64,000 bases of DNA from Bacteroidia bacterium. GTDB taxonomy: Bacteria; Bacteroidota; Bacteroidia; UBA7662. Positions 1 through 9,533 of the stretch are shown piece after piece. The stretch is from positions 40,319 through 104,318 of the forward strand of contig JBKBSO010000010.1 of NCBI GenBank assembly GCA_046291695.1. The letters are read 5' to 3'. Position 1 is the first letter of the stretch. Each line of letters begins with the position of its first letter. The notes under the pieces were generated by a model. That model had not been told where the DNA came from. It saw only the letters and a list, made by a program, of their open reading frames with translations, and did not search any database. Both the position numbers and the translations under genes were made by a program.

Positions 1-1006
1 AATTTATTGGGTATTTCCATTGCCCAACACCTACGGTCCGCTTTGGGCAAACTTCAACTCGCCGCTTTTGTGGGACGTATTTGCGATTTCGACCTATTTC
101 ACCGTGTCTTTGGTATTCTGGTATGTAGGTTTGATTCCCGACTTGGCCACCATCCGCGACCGTGCTGATGGGTTGCGCAAGAAGATTTACGGTTTGTTGA
201 GTTTTGGTTGGAATGGTTCGGCCAAGGCTTGGCAGCGTTTTGAGAGCGTATCGCTCATCTTGGCTGGTTTGGCTACCCCGCTGGTACTTTCGGTACACAC
301 CATCGTATCGATGGACTTTGCCACTTCGGTGATTCCCGGTTGGCACACCACCATCTTCCCTCCTTACTTTGTGGCGGGTGCGGTATTTTCTGGTTTTGCC
401 ATGGTACTTACGCTCTTGATCATCATGCGGAAGGTTATGCGACTGGAAGAATACATCACCGTCAACCACATTGATGTCATGAACAAAATCATCCTGGTAA
501 CGGGTTCGATTGTAGGTTCGGCTTACATCACCGAGTTTTTCATTGCCTGGTATTCTGCGGTTCCTTACGAGCGTTATGCCTTTGTAAACCGCGCCTTTGG
601 ACCGTATTGGTGGGCGTATTGGGCCATGATGACCTGTAATGTGATTACGCCACAGTTGTTCTGGTCGCAGAAGTTACGCCGGAACATCACTGCGGTATTC
701 ATCATTTCCATTTTTGTGAACATTGGTATGTGGTTCGAGCGCTTTGTAATTATCGTTACTTCGCTACACCGCGACTATCTACCCTCGAGCTGGGCCATGT
801 ATTCACCTACCTGGGTTGAAATCGGCATGTTCATCGGCTCTTTGGGATTATTCTTTACCCTCTTCTTCCTCTTCGCCAAGTTCCTGCCGGTAATAGCCAT
901 TGCCGAGGTGAAATCGATTGTGAAGACATCGGCCGAGGAGCACATTAAGAAGACTGCTGAAAAAGAAGGCATTGATTTGAAAGAAGTGAACCCTCAAATA
1001 GCTTAA
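1..1006 (+). CDS. actC: Alternative complex III subunit ActC (NrfD/PsrC-like polytopic membrane quinol-binding subunit); 5' end lies outside the window
   Basis: The reading frame is open back to base 2, so the TTG at 20 is not the real start. The product is a multi-TM NrfD-like protein. actD, actE and actF follow in the canonical ACIII order. Confidence 0.8.
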   Translation, partial: IYWVFPLPNTYGPLWANFNSPLLWDVFAISTYFTVSLVFWYVGLIPDLATIRDRADGLRKKIYGLLSFGWNGSAKAWQRFESVSLILAGLATPLVLSVHTIVSMDFATSVIPGWHTTIFPPYFVAGAVFSGFAMVLTLLIIMRKVMRLEEYITVNHIDVMNKIILVTGSIVGSAYITEFFIAWYSAVPYERYAFVNRAFGPYWWAYWAMMTCNVITPQLFWSQKLRRNITAVFIISIFVNIGMWFERFVIIVTSLHRDYLPSSWAMYSPTWVEIGMFIGSLGLFFTLFFLFAKFLPVIAIAEVKSIVKTSAEEHIKKTAEKEGIDLKEVNPQIA

Positions 1007-1010
1007 GCCA

Positions 1011-1532
1011 ATGAGTTTACAGAAATATATTATCGGAACCTTTAACGACGAAGAGCCTTTGCTCGAAGCCGTAAAAGAGGTACGTGCCACAGGCACCCCG
1101 ATTCACGAATGTTATACCCCATTTCCGGTTCACGGATTGGATGAGGCCTTAGGTTACAAGCGTAGCCGTTTGCCCAAAGCGGCCTTTATTTTTGGCTGCA
1201 TTGGATTCAGCTTGGCCTTGTTGATGCAAGCTTGGATGTTGGGTTTGAACTGGCCCATGAACATTGGTGGTAAGCCTGCTTTGGCTTGGCCCGACTTTGT
1301 TCCGGTGACCTTTGAATTAACGGTCTTGATCACGGCTTTGGGCATGGTAGGCACCTACCTGGTGGCTTCAGGTTTTATTCCGGGCAACGAGGCCAAGATG
1401 CCAGACCCACGGGTAACCAGCCACAAGTTTTGCATTGCCATTCCCAGCAATACGGCCGATTACGACATGATCAACAGCTTGTTGCTTCAGTTAGGTGCTG
1501 AGGAGGTAGAAGAGAAGGAGGTTGAATTATGA
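1011..1532 (+). CDS. actD: Alternative complex III subunit ActD (DUF3341 small membrane protein)
   Basis: 173 aa with two predicted TM helices. It sits between the NrfD-like gene and a cytochrome c gene with tight spacing, including a 4-bp overlap with the next gene. Confidence 0.7.
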   Translation: MSLQKYIIGTFNDEEPLLEAVKEVRATGTPIHECYTPFPVHGLDEALGYKRSRLPKAAFIFGCIGFSLALLMQAWMLGLNWPMNIGGKPALAWPDFVPVTFELTVLITALGMVGTYLVASGFIPGNEAKMPDPRVTSHKFCIAIPSNTADYDMINSLLLQLGAEEVEEKEVEL

Positions 1533-2122
1533 AAAAGCTCATGATATTAGGATTGGCTGTGGGCAGTTTGCTGAGCAGCTGTGGCATAATTGCCAATGAA
1601 AAAGATCCGGGTTGGGAGTTTGCACCACAAATGTATGTGTCGCATCCTTATGAGCCCTACAGCCAGGTAGGGTCGAATACCTTGAATGCGGATGGTAAAA
1701 ACATGCGTGAGCCTGTAAAAGGCACCATTGCCCGTTCGGGTGTAGGTTACGACAATACGAATATGTCGCTCATGTTCAACTATCCCATTCATAAAGACAG
1801 TTTGGAATTGGCTGCCCGCCTATTGGTAAATCCGTTGGAGAAGAATGCACAGCATTTGGAAAAGGGCGAATACTTCTACGGCGTATACTGCGCACCTTGC
1901 CATGGTAAAGAAGGCAAGGGCGAAGGTTCTGTAGGTCAGGTGTATGGAGGTGTGCCAAATTATCAGGCCAGCTATATTGTTAATCAGCCTTCGGGTCATA
2001 TTTACCACGTGATTACCAAGGGTAAGGGACGTATGTGGGCACATGGCTCACAAATCCGCCCTGAGGAGCGCTGGCAGATTGTAATGTATGTGAACAAGTT
2101 AAGAGGTTATACAGGAGAATAA
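1529..2122 (+). CDS. actE: Mono-heme cytochrome c lipoprotein, ActE of alternative complex III
   Basis: Signal peptide with a lipobox (LLSSCG). A single CxxCH motif (CAPCHG). ATGA overlap with actD. Confidence 0.75.
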   Translation: MKKLMILGLAVGSLLSSCGIIANEKDPGWEFAPQMYVSHPYEPYSQVGSNTLNADGKNMREPVKGTIARSGVGYDNTNMSLMFNYPIHKDSLELAARLLVNPLEKNAQHLEKGEYFYGVYCAPCHGKEGKGEGSVGQVYGGVPNYQASYIVNQPSGHIYHVITKGKGRMWAHGSQIRPEERWQIVMYVNKLRGYTGE

Positions 2123-2127
2123 GCACC

Positions 2128-3345
2128 ATGGGACATCATCATGAAGTAGCGGTACGAGAAGAAAAATTTGTTGTACCGGCACGTTTAAGAAATATTGCCT
2201 TTGGTTTGATGGGCATTGGCTTGGTGGCCATTGTATTGGGCCTGATGACTGATACGCATCGTTTTTGGGCGAATTTCCTGCTCAATAACTGGTATTTTTT
2301 GGGGGTAGCCTTGATGGGTACCTTGTTTTTGGCCACGCAAGCGGTAAGTAATGCGGGTTGGTCGGCCGGATTTAAGCGTATTCCTGAGGCCATGGCCAGC
2401 TATTTGCCGTATGCCTATGCTGGTTTCGCCATCATTATCCTGAGTGTATTGATGCACTGGAACCACACCTACCACTGGACGCATGAAGGCATCGCTGATC
2501 CTACACATCCTGAATTCGACGAGATTATAGCCGAAAAGGTGGCTTACCTGAACCTGCCGTTCATGATAGGTCGCACTGTGGTGATATTCTTGTTGTGGTA
2601 TCTCTTTAGCCGGGTTATGCGTAAAAACTCCCTGGAGGAGGATTTGCAAGGTGGTTACAAGAGCCTCAAGCGGAATAAAACCATGGGTGCCATTTTCTTG
2701 CCTGTATTTGCAGTGAGCTGGGCCATGGCCAGTTGGGACTTTGTAATGAGTATCGACACCCACTGGTTCTCAACCATCTTTTGGGTGTATCATTTTGCCG
2801 CGGCCTGGGTTACTGCCATCGCCATCATGACCTTTACGCTAATTATGTTGCGTAGGGCTGGTTATTTGTCGATTGTAAGTGACCACCATATGCATGATCT
2901 CGGAAAGTTTATGTTTGCTTTCAGCATTTTCTGGACATACATTTGGTTGTCGCAGTTCTTGTTGATTTTTTATGCCAACATTCCGGAAGAGTCGATTTAT
3001 TATCAGGAGCGTTTTGAGCACTTCAAGGCCTTATTCTTCATCAACCTCATCATCAACTTTGTGGCACCGTTCTTATTGTTGATGACCCGTGGTTCGAAGC
3101 GTAAAGAAGGAATGATGCTGTTTGTAGCCGTATTGTTGATTGTAGGTAAGTGGATTGATTTGTATGTAGGCATTATGCCGGGTACTGTAGGTGCTCATGC
3201 CCACATCGGCTTTATTGAAATCGGCATGTTCCTTGGCTTCATCGGCTTGTTTATGTTTGTGTTTACCCGCAGCCTCACCAAGGCTTCGCTGGTACCCACT
3301 AAGCATCCGTACATCAAGGAGTTTGTGACCCACGAGGTATTGTAA
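2128..3345 (+). CDS. actF: Alternative complex III membrane subunit ActF (quinol:cytochrome c oxidoreductase membrane protein)
   Basis: 405 aa polytopic membrane protein and last gene of the act cluster. A rho-independent terminator follows it. Confidence 0.65.
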   Translation: MGHHHEVAVREEKFVVPARLRNIAFGLMGIGLVAIVLGLMTDTHRFWANFLLNNWYFLGVALMGTLFLATQAVSNAGWSAGFKRIPEAMASYLPYAYAGFAIIILSVLMHWNHTYHWTHEGIADPTHPEFDEIIAEKVAYLNLPFMIGRTVVIFLLWYLFSRVMRKNSLEEDLQGGYKSLKRNKTMGAIFLPVFAVSWAMASWDFVMSIDTHWFSTIFWVYHFAAAWVTAIAIMTFTLIMLRRAGYLSIVSDHHMHDLGKFMFAFSIFWTYIWLSQFLLIFYANIPEESIYYQERFEHFKALFFINLIINFVAPFLLLMTRGSKRKEGMMLFVAVLLIVGKWIDLYVGIMPGTVGAHAHIGFIEIGMFLGFIGLFMFVFTRSLTKASLVPTKHPYIKEFVTHEVL

Positions 3346-3370
3346 ACAAAGCGCATAACTACATAGCAAA

Positions 3371-3398
3371 GGGCATCCAAACGGGTGCCCTTTTTTTT
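3371..3398. terminator. Rho-independent terminator after actF
   Basis: GGGCATCC-AAAC-GGGTGCCC forms an 8-bp stem with one G.U pair and is followed by T8. It lies between convergent genes. Confidence 0.65.
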
Positions 3399-3418
3399 GT
3401 TAATACTCAGCCAAGCTG

Positions 3419-4219
3419 CTAATCTAAACCTTCCAGCAAAGCCCGGACGATGAGGTCGGTGGTTTTGTGGTAGCCCGTTTTCGCCAGCATGTTCTTGTGA
3501 TGCGTTTGCACGGTGTGTGGCGAAATGAAGAGCTTCTCCGCGATCTGCTTGGTCGATAGGCCGGCAGCCAGGGCTTTGAGGACCTCCAGCTCCCGCTTGG
3601 TGAGCAGCCGCTGTAGCGCAATTTTCTCTCCGTTAGCATCCGAAGGGATCTCAAATTTGCCCTTTTCAGACGGAACATTGTAGTAACTGGGCCCATCACC
3701 CAAATGGATGAAGGAGATATCATGCTGGTTTGTTATGCGTAAATGACTTACGTCTGTGTGCGCATTGAGTACGTGTTCAATGTGCCTCGATTCGTCGACA
3801 GTTAAGGTGGTCGCCTGGTGCAAAATGGTGCGGGCCTTACCAGAAAGGTCTGTAATTTGAATCAGATATATGATTTTGTACTGGGTGATCTGTTCCGGGT
3901 GAATGTGGTTTTTGAGGAAGTCGAGCACCATACTTTCCTTACGCGCTATGGCTTCCATTTCTTTTGGAGACAGCAAGGCTAGAAAACTGCTAGCGGTAAG
4001 TTTGTTTGCAGGGATTCCTAGGATTTTTTGCGTGCCTTCGCTCACATATTCCATCTCCAAATTGCCAAAATTGACAATCCAATAATAGAAATTCCCCGGT
4101 GAAAAGAGCGCCGCAATGCGCTTGAAGTGCTCTGTTCCTTTAAAGGTGCGAGGTTCAAGTATGAAAGCAGATACCTCCTTTTTGTAGAAGTCGAGCAGCT
4201 GGTTTGCGTTGTTTGCCAT
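3419..4219 (-). CDS. LuxR/GerE-family HTH transcriptional regulator with an N-terminal PAS-like sensor region
   Basis: The C-terminus reads LTKRELEVLKALAAGLSTKQIAEKLFISPHTVQTHHKNMLAKTG, which is a LuxR-type HTH. Confidence 0.7.
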   Translation of the reverse strand: MANNANQLLDFYKKEVSAFILEPRTFKGTEHFKRIAALFSPGNFYYWIVNFGNLEMEYVSEGTQKILGIPANKLTASSFLALLSPKEMEAIARKESMVLDFLKNHIHPEQITQYKIIYLIQITDLSGKARTILHQATTLTVDESRHIEHVLNAHTDVSHLRITNQHDISFIHLGDGPSYYNVPSEKGKFEIPSDANGEKIALQRLLTKRELEVLKALAAGLSTKQIAEKLFISPHTVQTHHKNMLAKTGYHKTTDLIVRALLEGLD

Positions 4220-4484
4220 GTACGTGATTTATGTGCTTTTGCTGGGTAGCGTTTTTGTTGGTGTAGCCCGCCATCTCATGTCCGGCGGTGCCTGTCTCCC
4301 TTAATTCTAGACCGCTGGTTAAGTTAGAAAAAATGTATAATTTAAACTATTGGTGGATTAAAAATGACTCAGAGAAATTTTAATGCCAGGTTCAAGACTT
4401 CGTTGGTGCCTGTTAAGCCTCCTTGGATCGAGGAGTTTTGTTACACACGAGCTGCTTTAATCAGCATTGCCGACCAATTAAAAA

Positions 4485-4507
4485 GGCATCCCGCGGGATG
4501 CCTTTTT
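4485..4507. terminator. Bidirectional hairpin terminator
   Basis: AAAAA-GGCATCCCGCGGGATGCC-TTTTT is a perfect 8-bp stem with an A-run on one side and a T-run on the other. It sits just 3' of the minus-strand small ORF 4527..4724. Confidence 0.55.
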
Positions 4508-4526
4508 AATTTTTGGAGCTATTGAT

Positions 4527-4724
4527 TTATTCGGTGGCTGCCGGTGCTTGCTGTGGAAGCGCGCGCTCGAAGCGGGCTTTATCGCGGTCGGCTTGGTCAA
4601 ACTTTTCTTGCTGTTGTTTGGCAGCGGCATCGGCTGCATTTTTTTTGCTATTGCAGCTGCTTATGCCCAGCAGGGCTACGAGTGCCAGGCTGAGCAGCAT
4701 GAGGGGGGCATATCTTTTCATCAT
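4527..4724 (-). CDS. Small secreted lipoprotein, low-complexity and Ala/Gln/Lys-rich
   Basis: Signal peptide with lipobox MMKRYAPLMLLSLALVALLGISSC. A terminator lies downstream. No homology could be assigned. Confidence 0.35.
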   Translation of the reverse strand: MMKRYAPLMLLSLALVALLGISSCNSKKNAADAAAKQQQEKFDQADRDKARFERALPQQAPAATE

Positions 4725-4787
4725 CGTGAGGTTTTAGCGCTTATGGTCAATTTTCTTGCCAAAAAAGCCTGATTCCTAAATCAGTGC

Positions 4788-4964
4788 TTATTGGGTTTCG
4801 GTTTGTGTACTCGGAATGAGGGTTGCCGGCCTTCCGGTTGGAGGCGTGTTGTCGTTGGTATCTTCCACTTCAGCCGCCTGTGTGGGGGGTGTAGCCGTTT
4901 TGCAAGCTTGTGTACCCAGTGCGAGTAGCAGGAGCAACAAGTAAAGTTTTATTTTCATATCCAT
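4788..4964 (-). CDS. Small secreted lipoprotein. Only the C-terminal 59 codons of the 137-aa ORF are used, starting at MDMKIKLY.
   Basis: Signal peptide LYLLLLLLALGTQAC. The upstream 79 codons of the called ORF overlap the ABM-domain gene in another frame. Confidence 0.3.
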   Translation of the reverse strand: MDMKIKLYLLLLLLALGTQACKTATPPTQAAEVEDTNDNTPPTGRPATLIPSTQTETQ

Positions 4965-5014
4965 TGACTTATGCTGCAAGATACAGTTTGTACGGGAGTC
5001 GGCCAATGGCTTGT

Positions 5015-5302
5015 TTATTTGAGGCAATAGCGTTGTTCGGTGCTCCAGGCTTCGGCAGGTTTGGCAAAAAGCTTTTTGGTGGCAGGCCACACCTCCTGAA
5101 AAAGGGCCGAATGACGGTAATTTTCTAGGTCCTGTGCTTTTTCCCAATGGCTGTAGGTAAAATAGGTATGCCCGTCTTTGAGTAATTGCAGCTCGGTGCA
5201 ACCCGGGAAATTCCTGATTTGCTGATGGTATTTTGCAAAGAGGGCCTCAAATACAGGCACTTCTTCGGGTTTAAAGCTCATTTTAACTAATCGTACAATC
5301 AT
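5015..5302 (-). CDS. ABM-domain (antibiotic biosynthesis monooxygenase-like) small protein
   Basis: 95 aa with the ferredoxin-like ABM pattern (VKPE...F...IRNFPGC..L). ATGA overlap with the upstream gene. Confidence 0.55.
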   Translation of the reverse strand: MIVRLVKMSFKPEEVPVFEALFAKYHQQIRNFPGCTELQLLKDGHTYFTYSHWEKAQDLENYRHSALFQEVWPATKKLFAKPAEAWSTEQRYCLK

Positions 5303-6096
5303 GTTTTTTCAATAAATATGGGGTCATCAACCCGTAAGCCCAGCAAGCCCGAGGCATTGCCACCCCTGATGCTGATTTGCAATAAGTTGTTGTGTCCAAA
5401 AAAACAGGCAATTTCGCCCGGCCCCACCTCTTCGTAACTGTTTACAAGCTGCTCTACCCGGTTTTCGTGCTGGTATTTTTTCTTCAGGTGTATGATAAAC
5501 CCATTGTTGCCTTTGGTCAGCCGCCTGAAAGTTTGCCTGTCGATATTGGTAATCACATTTTCGTAAGCATCTACATGGATAACCCTTCCCTGTAAATTAT
5601 CGCCAGTGATGGCAGGGAGTAGGGGGGTAAGCTGGTTGTAGTTGACATGCACTTCGCCCAATACCTGTGCGGCATTTTCGCCCTGCAAAATGGGTTGCAA
5701 GGCCGGAAGCACATCAATCAACAAGCTAAAAGCATGGGGTTTGGGCCTACCCGATGCCGGGATGATGTAAGGCGAGAGTAAAGCATTTTCGGTAATTAAG
5801 CTGCAAATGCCGTTGTCGGGCATGATGAAATGATGCTCGTTGAAGCTGAAATAGATGAACTCCGAACTGTAGTGGCTGATGGATGCAACATCGAGCAAGT
5901 GCAAACTGTGGTCCGGAAAAAAATGATATGCATTTTTTAAAACGTATGCTGCCTGCTGCAGGTTATATTTGCTAATATTGTGCGCGATATCCACCAGCTG
6001 AATACCCGGCTGCTGACGCATTAAATGCCCCTTTACCGCAGCAACATAAGGGTCGCTGAGGCCATAATCGGTGGTGAGGGTGATGCAATTTATCAC
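5299..6096 (-). CDS. S-adenosyl-L-methionine hydroxide adenosyltransferase family protein (DUF62, SAM hydrolase / halogenase-like fold)
   Basis: N-terminus ITLTTDYGLSDPYVAAVKGHL is typical of this family. GTG start. Confidence 0.65.
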   Translation of the reverse strand: MINCITLTTDYGLSDPYVAAVKGHLMRQQPGIQLVDIAHNISKYNLQQAAYVLKNAYHFFPDHSLHLLDVASISHYSSEFIYFSFNEHHFIMPDNGICSLITENALLSPYIIPASGRPKPHAFSLLIDVLPALQPILQGENAAQVLGEVHVNYNQLTPLLPAITGDNLQGRVIHVDAYENVITNIDRQTFRRLTKGNNGFIIHLKKKYQHENRVEQLVNSYEEVGPGEIACFFGHNNLLQISIRGGNASGLLGLRVDDPIFIEKT

Positions 6097-6140
6097 GGCA
6101 TGTTTTGGATATCGGCAAATTTAGCTAAAAGACGAAGCCT

Positions 6141-7112
6141 TTGGTAGAATTTACTTTTAAGCTTGCAGATGTTAGTCCACTCGAATTTTTCGGGCCAAAT
6201 AACCTGCGTTTAAAAACTTTAAAATCGGCCTTCCCCGAACTGAAGTTTACGGCACGCGGCGATCAGTTGCTGGTAGGTGGCGAAACCTTGGCCCTTGAAC
6301 AGTTTCAACTCAAGTTTGAACGTATTATCAGCCATTATGCGCGGCATAATCGTTTGGCCGACGAAGACTTTGCCTTGTTGCTGCTCGACGAGGATGTACG
6401 CGCTTTTTCGCACCTAAACAGTGAAGAACCCATCGTTTTTGGTCCGAATGGACTGGTGGTAAAGGCACGTTCGCACAATCAGCGCCAGATGGTGGAGTTA
6501 ATTGGCCGTTCCGATATTTTGTTTGCCGTAGGGCCGGCAGGTTCAGGCAAAACCTATACCGCTGTAGCCTTGGCGGTGAGGGCGCTCAAAAACCGGGAAG
6601 TAAAAAAAATTATCCTCACCCGGCCGGCGGTAGAAGCAGGCGAGAGCCTTGGCTTTTTGCCTGGCGACCTGAAGGAAAAGATTGACCCTTATTTGCGCCC
6701 GCTTTATGATGCCCTCGAAGACATGATTCCACCCGCCAAACTGGCCAAATACATCGAAGACAACATCATCGAGATTGCTCCACTGGCCTTTATGCGTGGA
6801 CGAACGCTCGATAAGGCCTTTGTGATCCTCGATGAAGCGCAGAATTGTACCGAGATGCAAATCAAAATGTTCCTCACACGCATGGGGCCCACGGCCAAAT
6901 TCATCATCACCGGCGATCTTACGCAAATTGACCTGCCGCGTCATCAGCGTTCGGGCTTGCCACAAGCACTCCGATTGCTCAAAGAAGTAGAAGGCATCGC
7001 CCAGGTGCACCTCACGGCCTCCGATGTGGTACGCCACCGATTGGTGAAAGACATCATCAGGGCTTACGACAAACAAGAAGACAACCGCAACAGTACCCAA
7101 TCCGAAGCATAA
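6141..7112 (+). CDS. phoH: PhoH-family ATPase
   Basis: Walker [14 protein letters not shown] and Walker [12 protein letters not shown] start. Confidence 0.85.
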   Translation: MVEFTFKLADVSPLEFFGPNNLRLKTLKSAFPELKFTARGDQLLVGGETLALEQFQLKFERIISHYARHNRLADEDFALLLLDEDVRAFSHLNSEEPIVFGPNGLVVKARSHNQRQMVELIGRSDILFAVGPAGSGKTYTAVALAVRALKNREVKKIILTRPAVEAGESLGFLPGDLKEKIDPYLRPLYDALEDMIPPAKLAKYIEDNIIEIAPLAFMRGRTLDKAFVILDEAQNCTEMQIKMFLTRMGPTAKFIITGDLTQIDLPRHQRSGLPQALRLLKEVEGIAQVHLTASDVVRHRLVKDIIRAYDKQEDNRNSTQSEA

Positions 7113-7113
7113 G

Positions 7114-8058
7114 ATGGCCTTAGCAAACAGTAATTTTTCTTTTACCGGACAAACTTCGCATTACCGCGGTAAAGTCCGTGATGTATATGGCATAGGTGAA
7201 CGCTACCTCGTGATGGTAGCTAGTGACCGCATATCGGCATTTGATGTGATTTTGCCCCGACCGGTGCCATACAAAGGACAGGTGCTCAACCAAACAGCGG
7301 CCTATTTTTTAAAAGCAACTGCCGATTTGGTGCCCAATTGGCTCATCAGCACCCCCGACCCCAATGTGGCCATTGGCTACCGGGCGACGCCATTTCCGGT
7401 GGAGATGGTGATTAGGGGCTACCTGGCCGGGCATGCTTGGCGCGAATACCGCTCGGGCAAACGCAGCATTTGTGGGGTAAGTTTGCCGGATGGTTTGCGC
7501 GAAAACGACAAACTGCCTGAGCCCATCATTACCCCGACTACCAAGGCGCATGAAGGCCACGACATGGACATCAGTCGCGAAGATTTGTTGCGACAGGGCC
7601 TCGTATCAGAAGCACATTACCTACAACTGGAAGCTTATACCCGTAGTTTGTTTACCCGAGGCACCCAAATGGCTGCTGATAAAGGACTCATTTTGGTAGA
7701 TACCAAATATGAATTTGGTTTATATGAAGGCCGGGTGTTGCTGATTGATGAGGTACACACGCCCGATTCGTCGAGGTATTTTTATGCCGATGGTTACGAG
7801 TTGCGACAAGCCGCAGGGGAAGAGCAAAAGCAGCTCTCGAAGGAGTTTGTAAGGCAGTGGTTAATCGCCAATGGGTTTCAGGGGCAGGAGGGTCAACGCG
7901 TACCGGCAATGGATGATGTTTGGCTCGAAACCATCAGCCAGCGTTACATGGAGTTGTATGAAAAAATTACGGGTATGCCCTTTGAGAAGGCCGACATCAG
8001 TGAGATGGAAGCTAGGGTTTATGGGCATGTGGAGGCGGCATTGCGGAGTTTGAAGTAG
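7114..8058 (+). CDS. purC: Phosphoribosylaminoimidazole-succinocarboxamide synthase (SAICAR synthetase)
   Basis: YRGKVRDVY...DRISAFD signature, 314 aa. Confidence 0.85.
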   Translation: MALANSNFSFTGQTSHYRGKVRDVYGIGERYLVMVASDRISAFDVILPRPVPYKGQVLNQTAAYFLKATADLVPNWLISTPDPNVAIGYRATPFPVEMVIRGYLAGHAWREYRSGKRSICGVSLPDGLRENDKLPEPIITPTTKAHEGHDMDISREDLLRQGLVSEAHYLQLEAYTRSLFTRGTQMAADKGLILVDTKYEFGLYEGRVLLIDEVHTPDSSRYFYADGYELRQAAGEEQKQLSKEFVRQWLIANGFQGQEGQRVPAMDDVWLETISQRYMELYEKITGMPFEKADISEMEARVYGHVEAALRSLK

Positions 8059-8065
8059 GGGTGCT

Positions 8066-8170
8066 CTTGGAGCTCGCTGGGGAGTGCTCGCTGGAGCTCG
8101 CTGGAGAACGTTCGCTTTGCTCACTGGGAAGTACTCGCTGGCGCTCGCTGGGGAACGTTCGCTGGGTTAA
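8066..8170. repeat. GC-rich short tandem repeat block of '..CTCGCTGG' units, locus 1 of 5
   Basis: Tandem 10-14 nt units each ending in CTCGCTGG, directly after the purC stop. The same family occurs at 30906, 32596, 35845 and 52861. Confidence 0.6.
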
Positions 8171-8183
8171 GGTGGGTTGCGAT

Positions 8184-8233
8184 TTTTTGAATTTTGAACT
8201 TTAAACTTTGAACCTGAACTTAGCAGTCGTATG
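8184..8233 (+). promoter_or_regulatory. Promoter and 5'UTR module TTTGAAC..TTTAAACTTTGAACCTGAACTTAGCAGTCGT-ATGCA; an almost identical copy precedes the DtxR-family gene at 32311..32368
   Basis: 35 of 36 nt identity to the reverse complement of 32313..32348. The TTTG and TAnnnTTTG spacing resembles Bacteroidetes sigma-A -33/-7 elements. Confidence 0.45.
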
Positions 8234-9532
8234 CAACTAACCAACCTCATTTTATCTGGTGGAAGCGGAACAAGGCTTTGGCCTTTGTCGCGGAAGTTAA
8301 GCCCCAAGCAGTTTTATCCCTTGCTCAATGGCCAATCATTATTTGAACTTACAGTAGCTCGGAATGCCCGACAAGCGAGGCGTTTTATGGTGGTCACCAA
8401 TCAGGATCAGTACTTGTTGGCCCACCGGCAACTGAACGGACATGCGGGAAGTTTTGTGCTTGAGCCGGTAGGCCGCAATACTGCTCCTGCCATCGCCTTG
8501 GCTTGTTTTATCCTTCCTCCCGAGGAGGTATTGCTGGTAACCCCATCCGATCACCTGATCAAAAAGCAGCAGGCCTATGAGCAAGCCGTGGCAAAGGCGG
8601 TCGATTTTGCACAACAAGGTTATCTCGTTACTTTCGGGATTCAACCTCACTACCCCGAAACGGGTTTTGGTTACATTGAGGCGGCCGGCAATGAGGTGCT
8701 TTCGTTCCGCGAAAAACCCGATGCGGCCACCGCTGCTGCCTACCTGGCCAGCGGCAATTATTACTGGAATAGTGGCATGTTTTGCTTTACAGCGGGCACT
8801 TTTTTGACGGAGCTAAAACTGCATAGTCCCGAAGTGTATGAAGCTGCAAAAGCCGCTGCTGCTCATTTTAATGCCGAAGATGAAATTAACGAGCCGGGCT
8901 ATGCGCAAATGATGGCCATTCCAGACATCAGCATCGACTATGGGCTCATGGAAAAAAGTAAGCGGGTTCGGGTGGTTCCGGCCGATATAGGTTGGAGCGA
9001 TCTGGGGAGCTTCGATGCGTTGTACGACGAATTTCCGAAAGATGCCTTTGGAAATACCCAGCAGCCTTATTGCCTGCCTATCGATTCGGGTAATAACCTG
9101 GTGATCAATGCTAGCAACACGGAATTGGTTTTGCTGGGCGTTGAGAATTTGTTGGTGGTGCAAACGGCTTCGGCCACGCTTATTGGTAAACGCGGAAGTA
9201 GTCAGGATGTAAAAAAGGCAGTTGATTACCTGAAGAAGCAAGATTCGCCTCTTTTGTTGGCCCACGAACAAATAGAAACCCCTTTTGGCAGTTCGCGCCT
9301 GGTGAGCAGCACCGAGCATTACAGCATCGAAGAGGCCCGCATTTTGCCTGGTCAGCAAATGGATGTGGAAGATGAAGGGGGAACCAGTTTGCAGTTGCTG
9401 CAAGGTTCCGAAATCCAACTCAATGAACGCCCTTTACATCAAGGGCAGTTGTATGCCTTGCAGGGCGAGGTGTTGGTGTCGAATGAATCGGCCAGCGAGA
9501 CGGCCCTGCTGCTGATAGTTCGAACCCACTAG
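8231..9532 (+). CDS. manC: Mannose-1-phosphate guanylyltransferase with a C-terminal cupin (mannose-6-P isomerase-like) domain
   Basis: LSGGSGTRLWPLSR...GRNTAPAI...PETGFGYI...EKPD...WNSGMF motifs. Confidence 0.75.
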   Translation: MQLTNLILSGGSGTRLWPLSRKLSPKQFYPLLNGQSLFELTVARNARQARRFMVVTNQDQYLLAHRQLNGHAGSFVLEPVGRNTAPAIALACFILPPEEVLLVTPSDHLIKKQQAYEQAVAKAVDFAQQGYLVTFGIQPHYPETGFGYIEAAGNEVLSFREKPDAATAAAYLASGNYYWNSGMFCFTAGTFLTELKLHSPEVYEAAKAAAAHFNAEDEINEPGYAQMMAIPDISIDYGLMEKSKRVRVVPADIGWSDLGSFDALYDEFPKDAFGNTQQPYCLPIDSGNNLVINASNTELVLLGVENLLVVQTASATLIGKRGSSQDVKKAVDYLKKQDSPLLLAHEQIETPFGSSRLVSSTEHYSIEEARILPGQQMDVEDEGGTSLQLLQGSEIQLNERPLHQGQLYALQGEVLVSNESASETALLLIVRTH

Positions 9533-9533
9533 C

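Noticed and set aside
4965-5201. N-terminal 79 codons of the 137-aa ORF 4788..5201
   Set aside because: They overlap the ABM-domain gene. Only the C-terminal lipoprotein-like segment 4788..4964 is plausible, and even that is uncertain.
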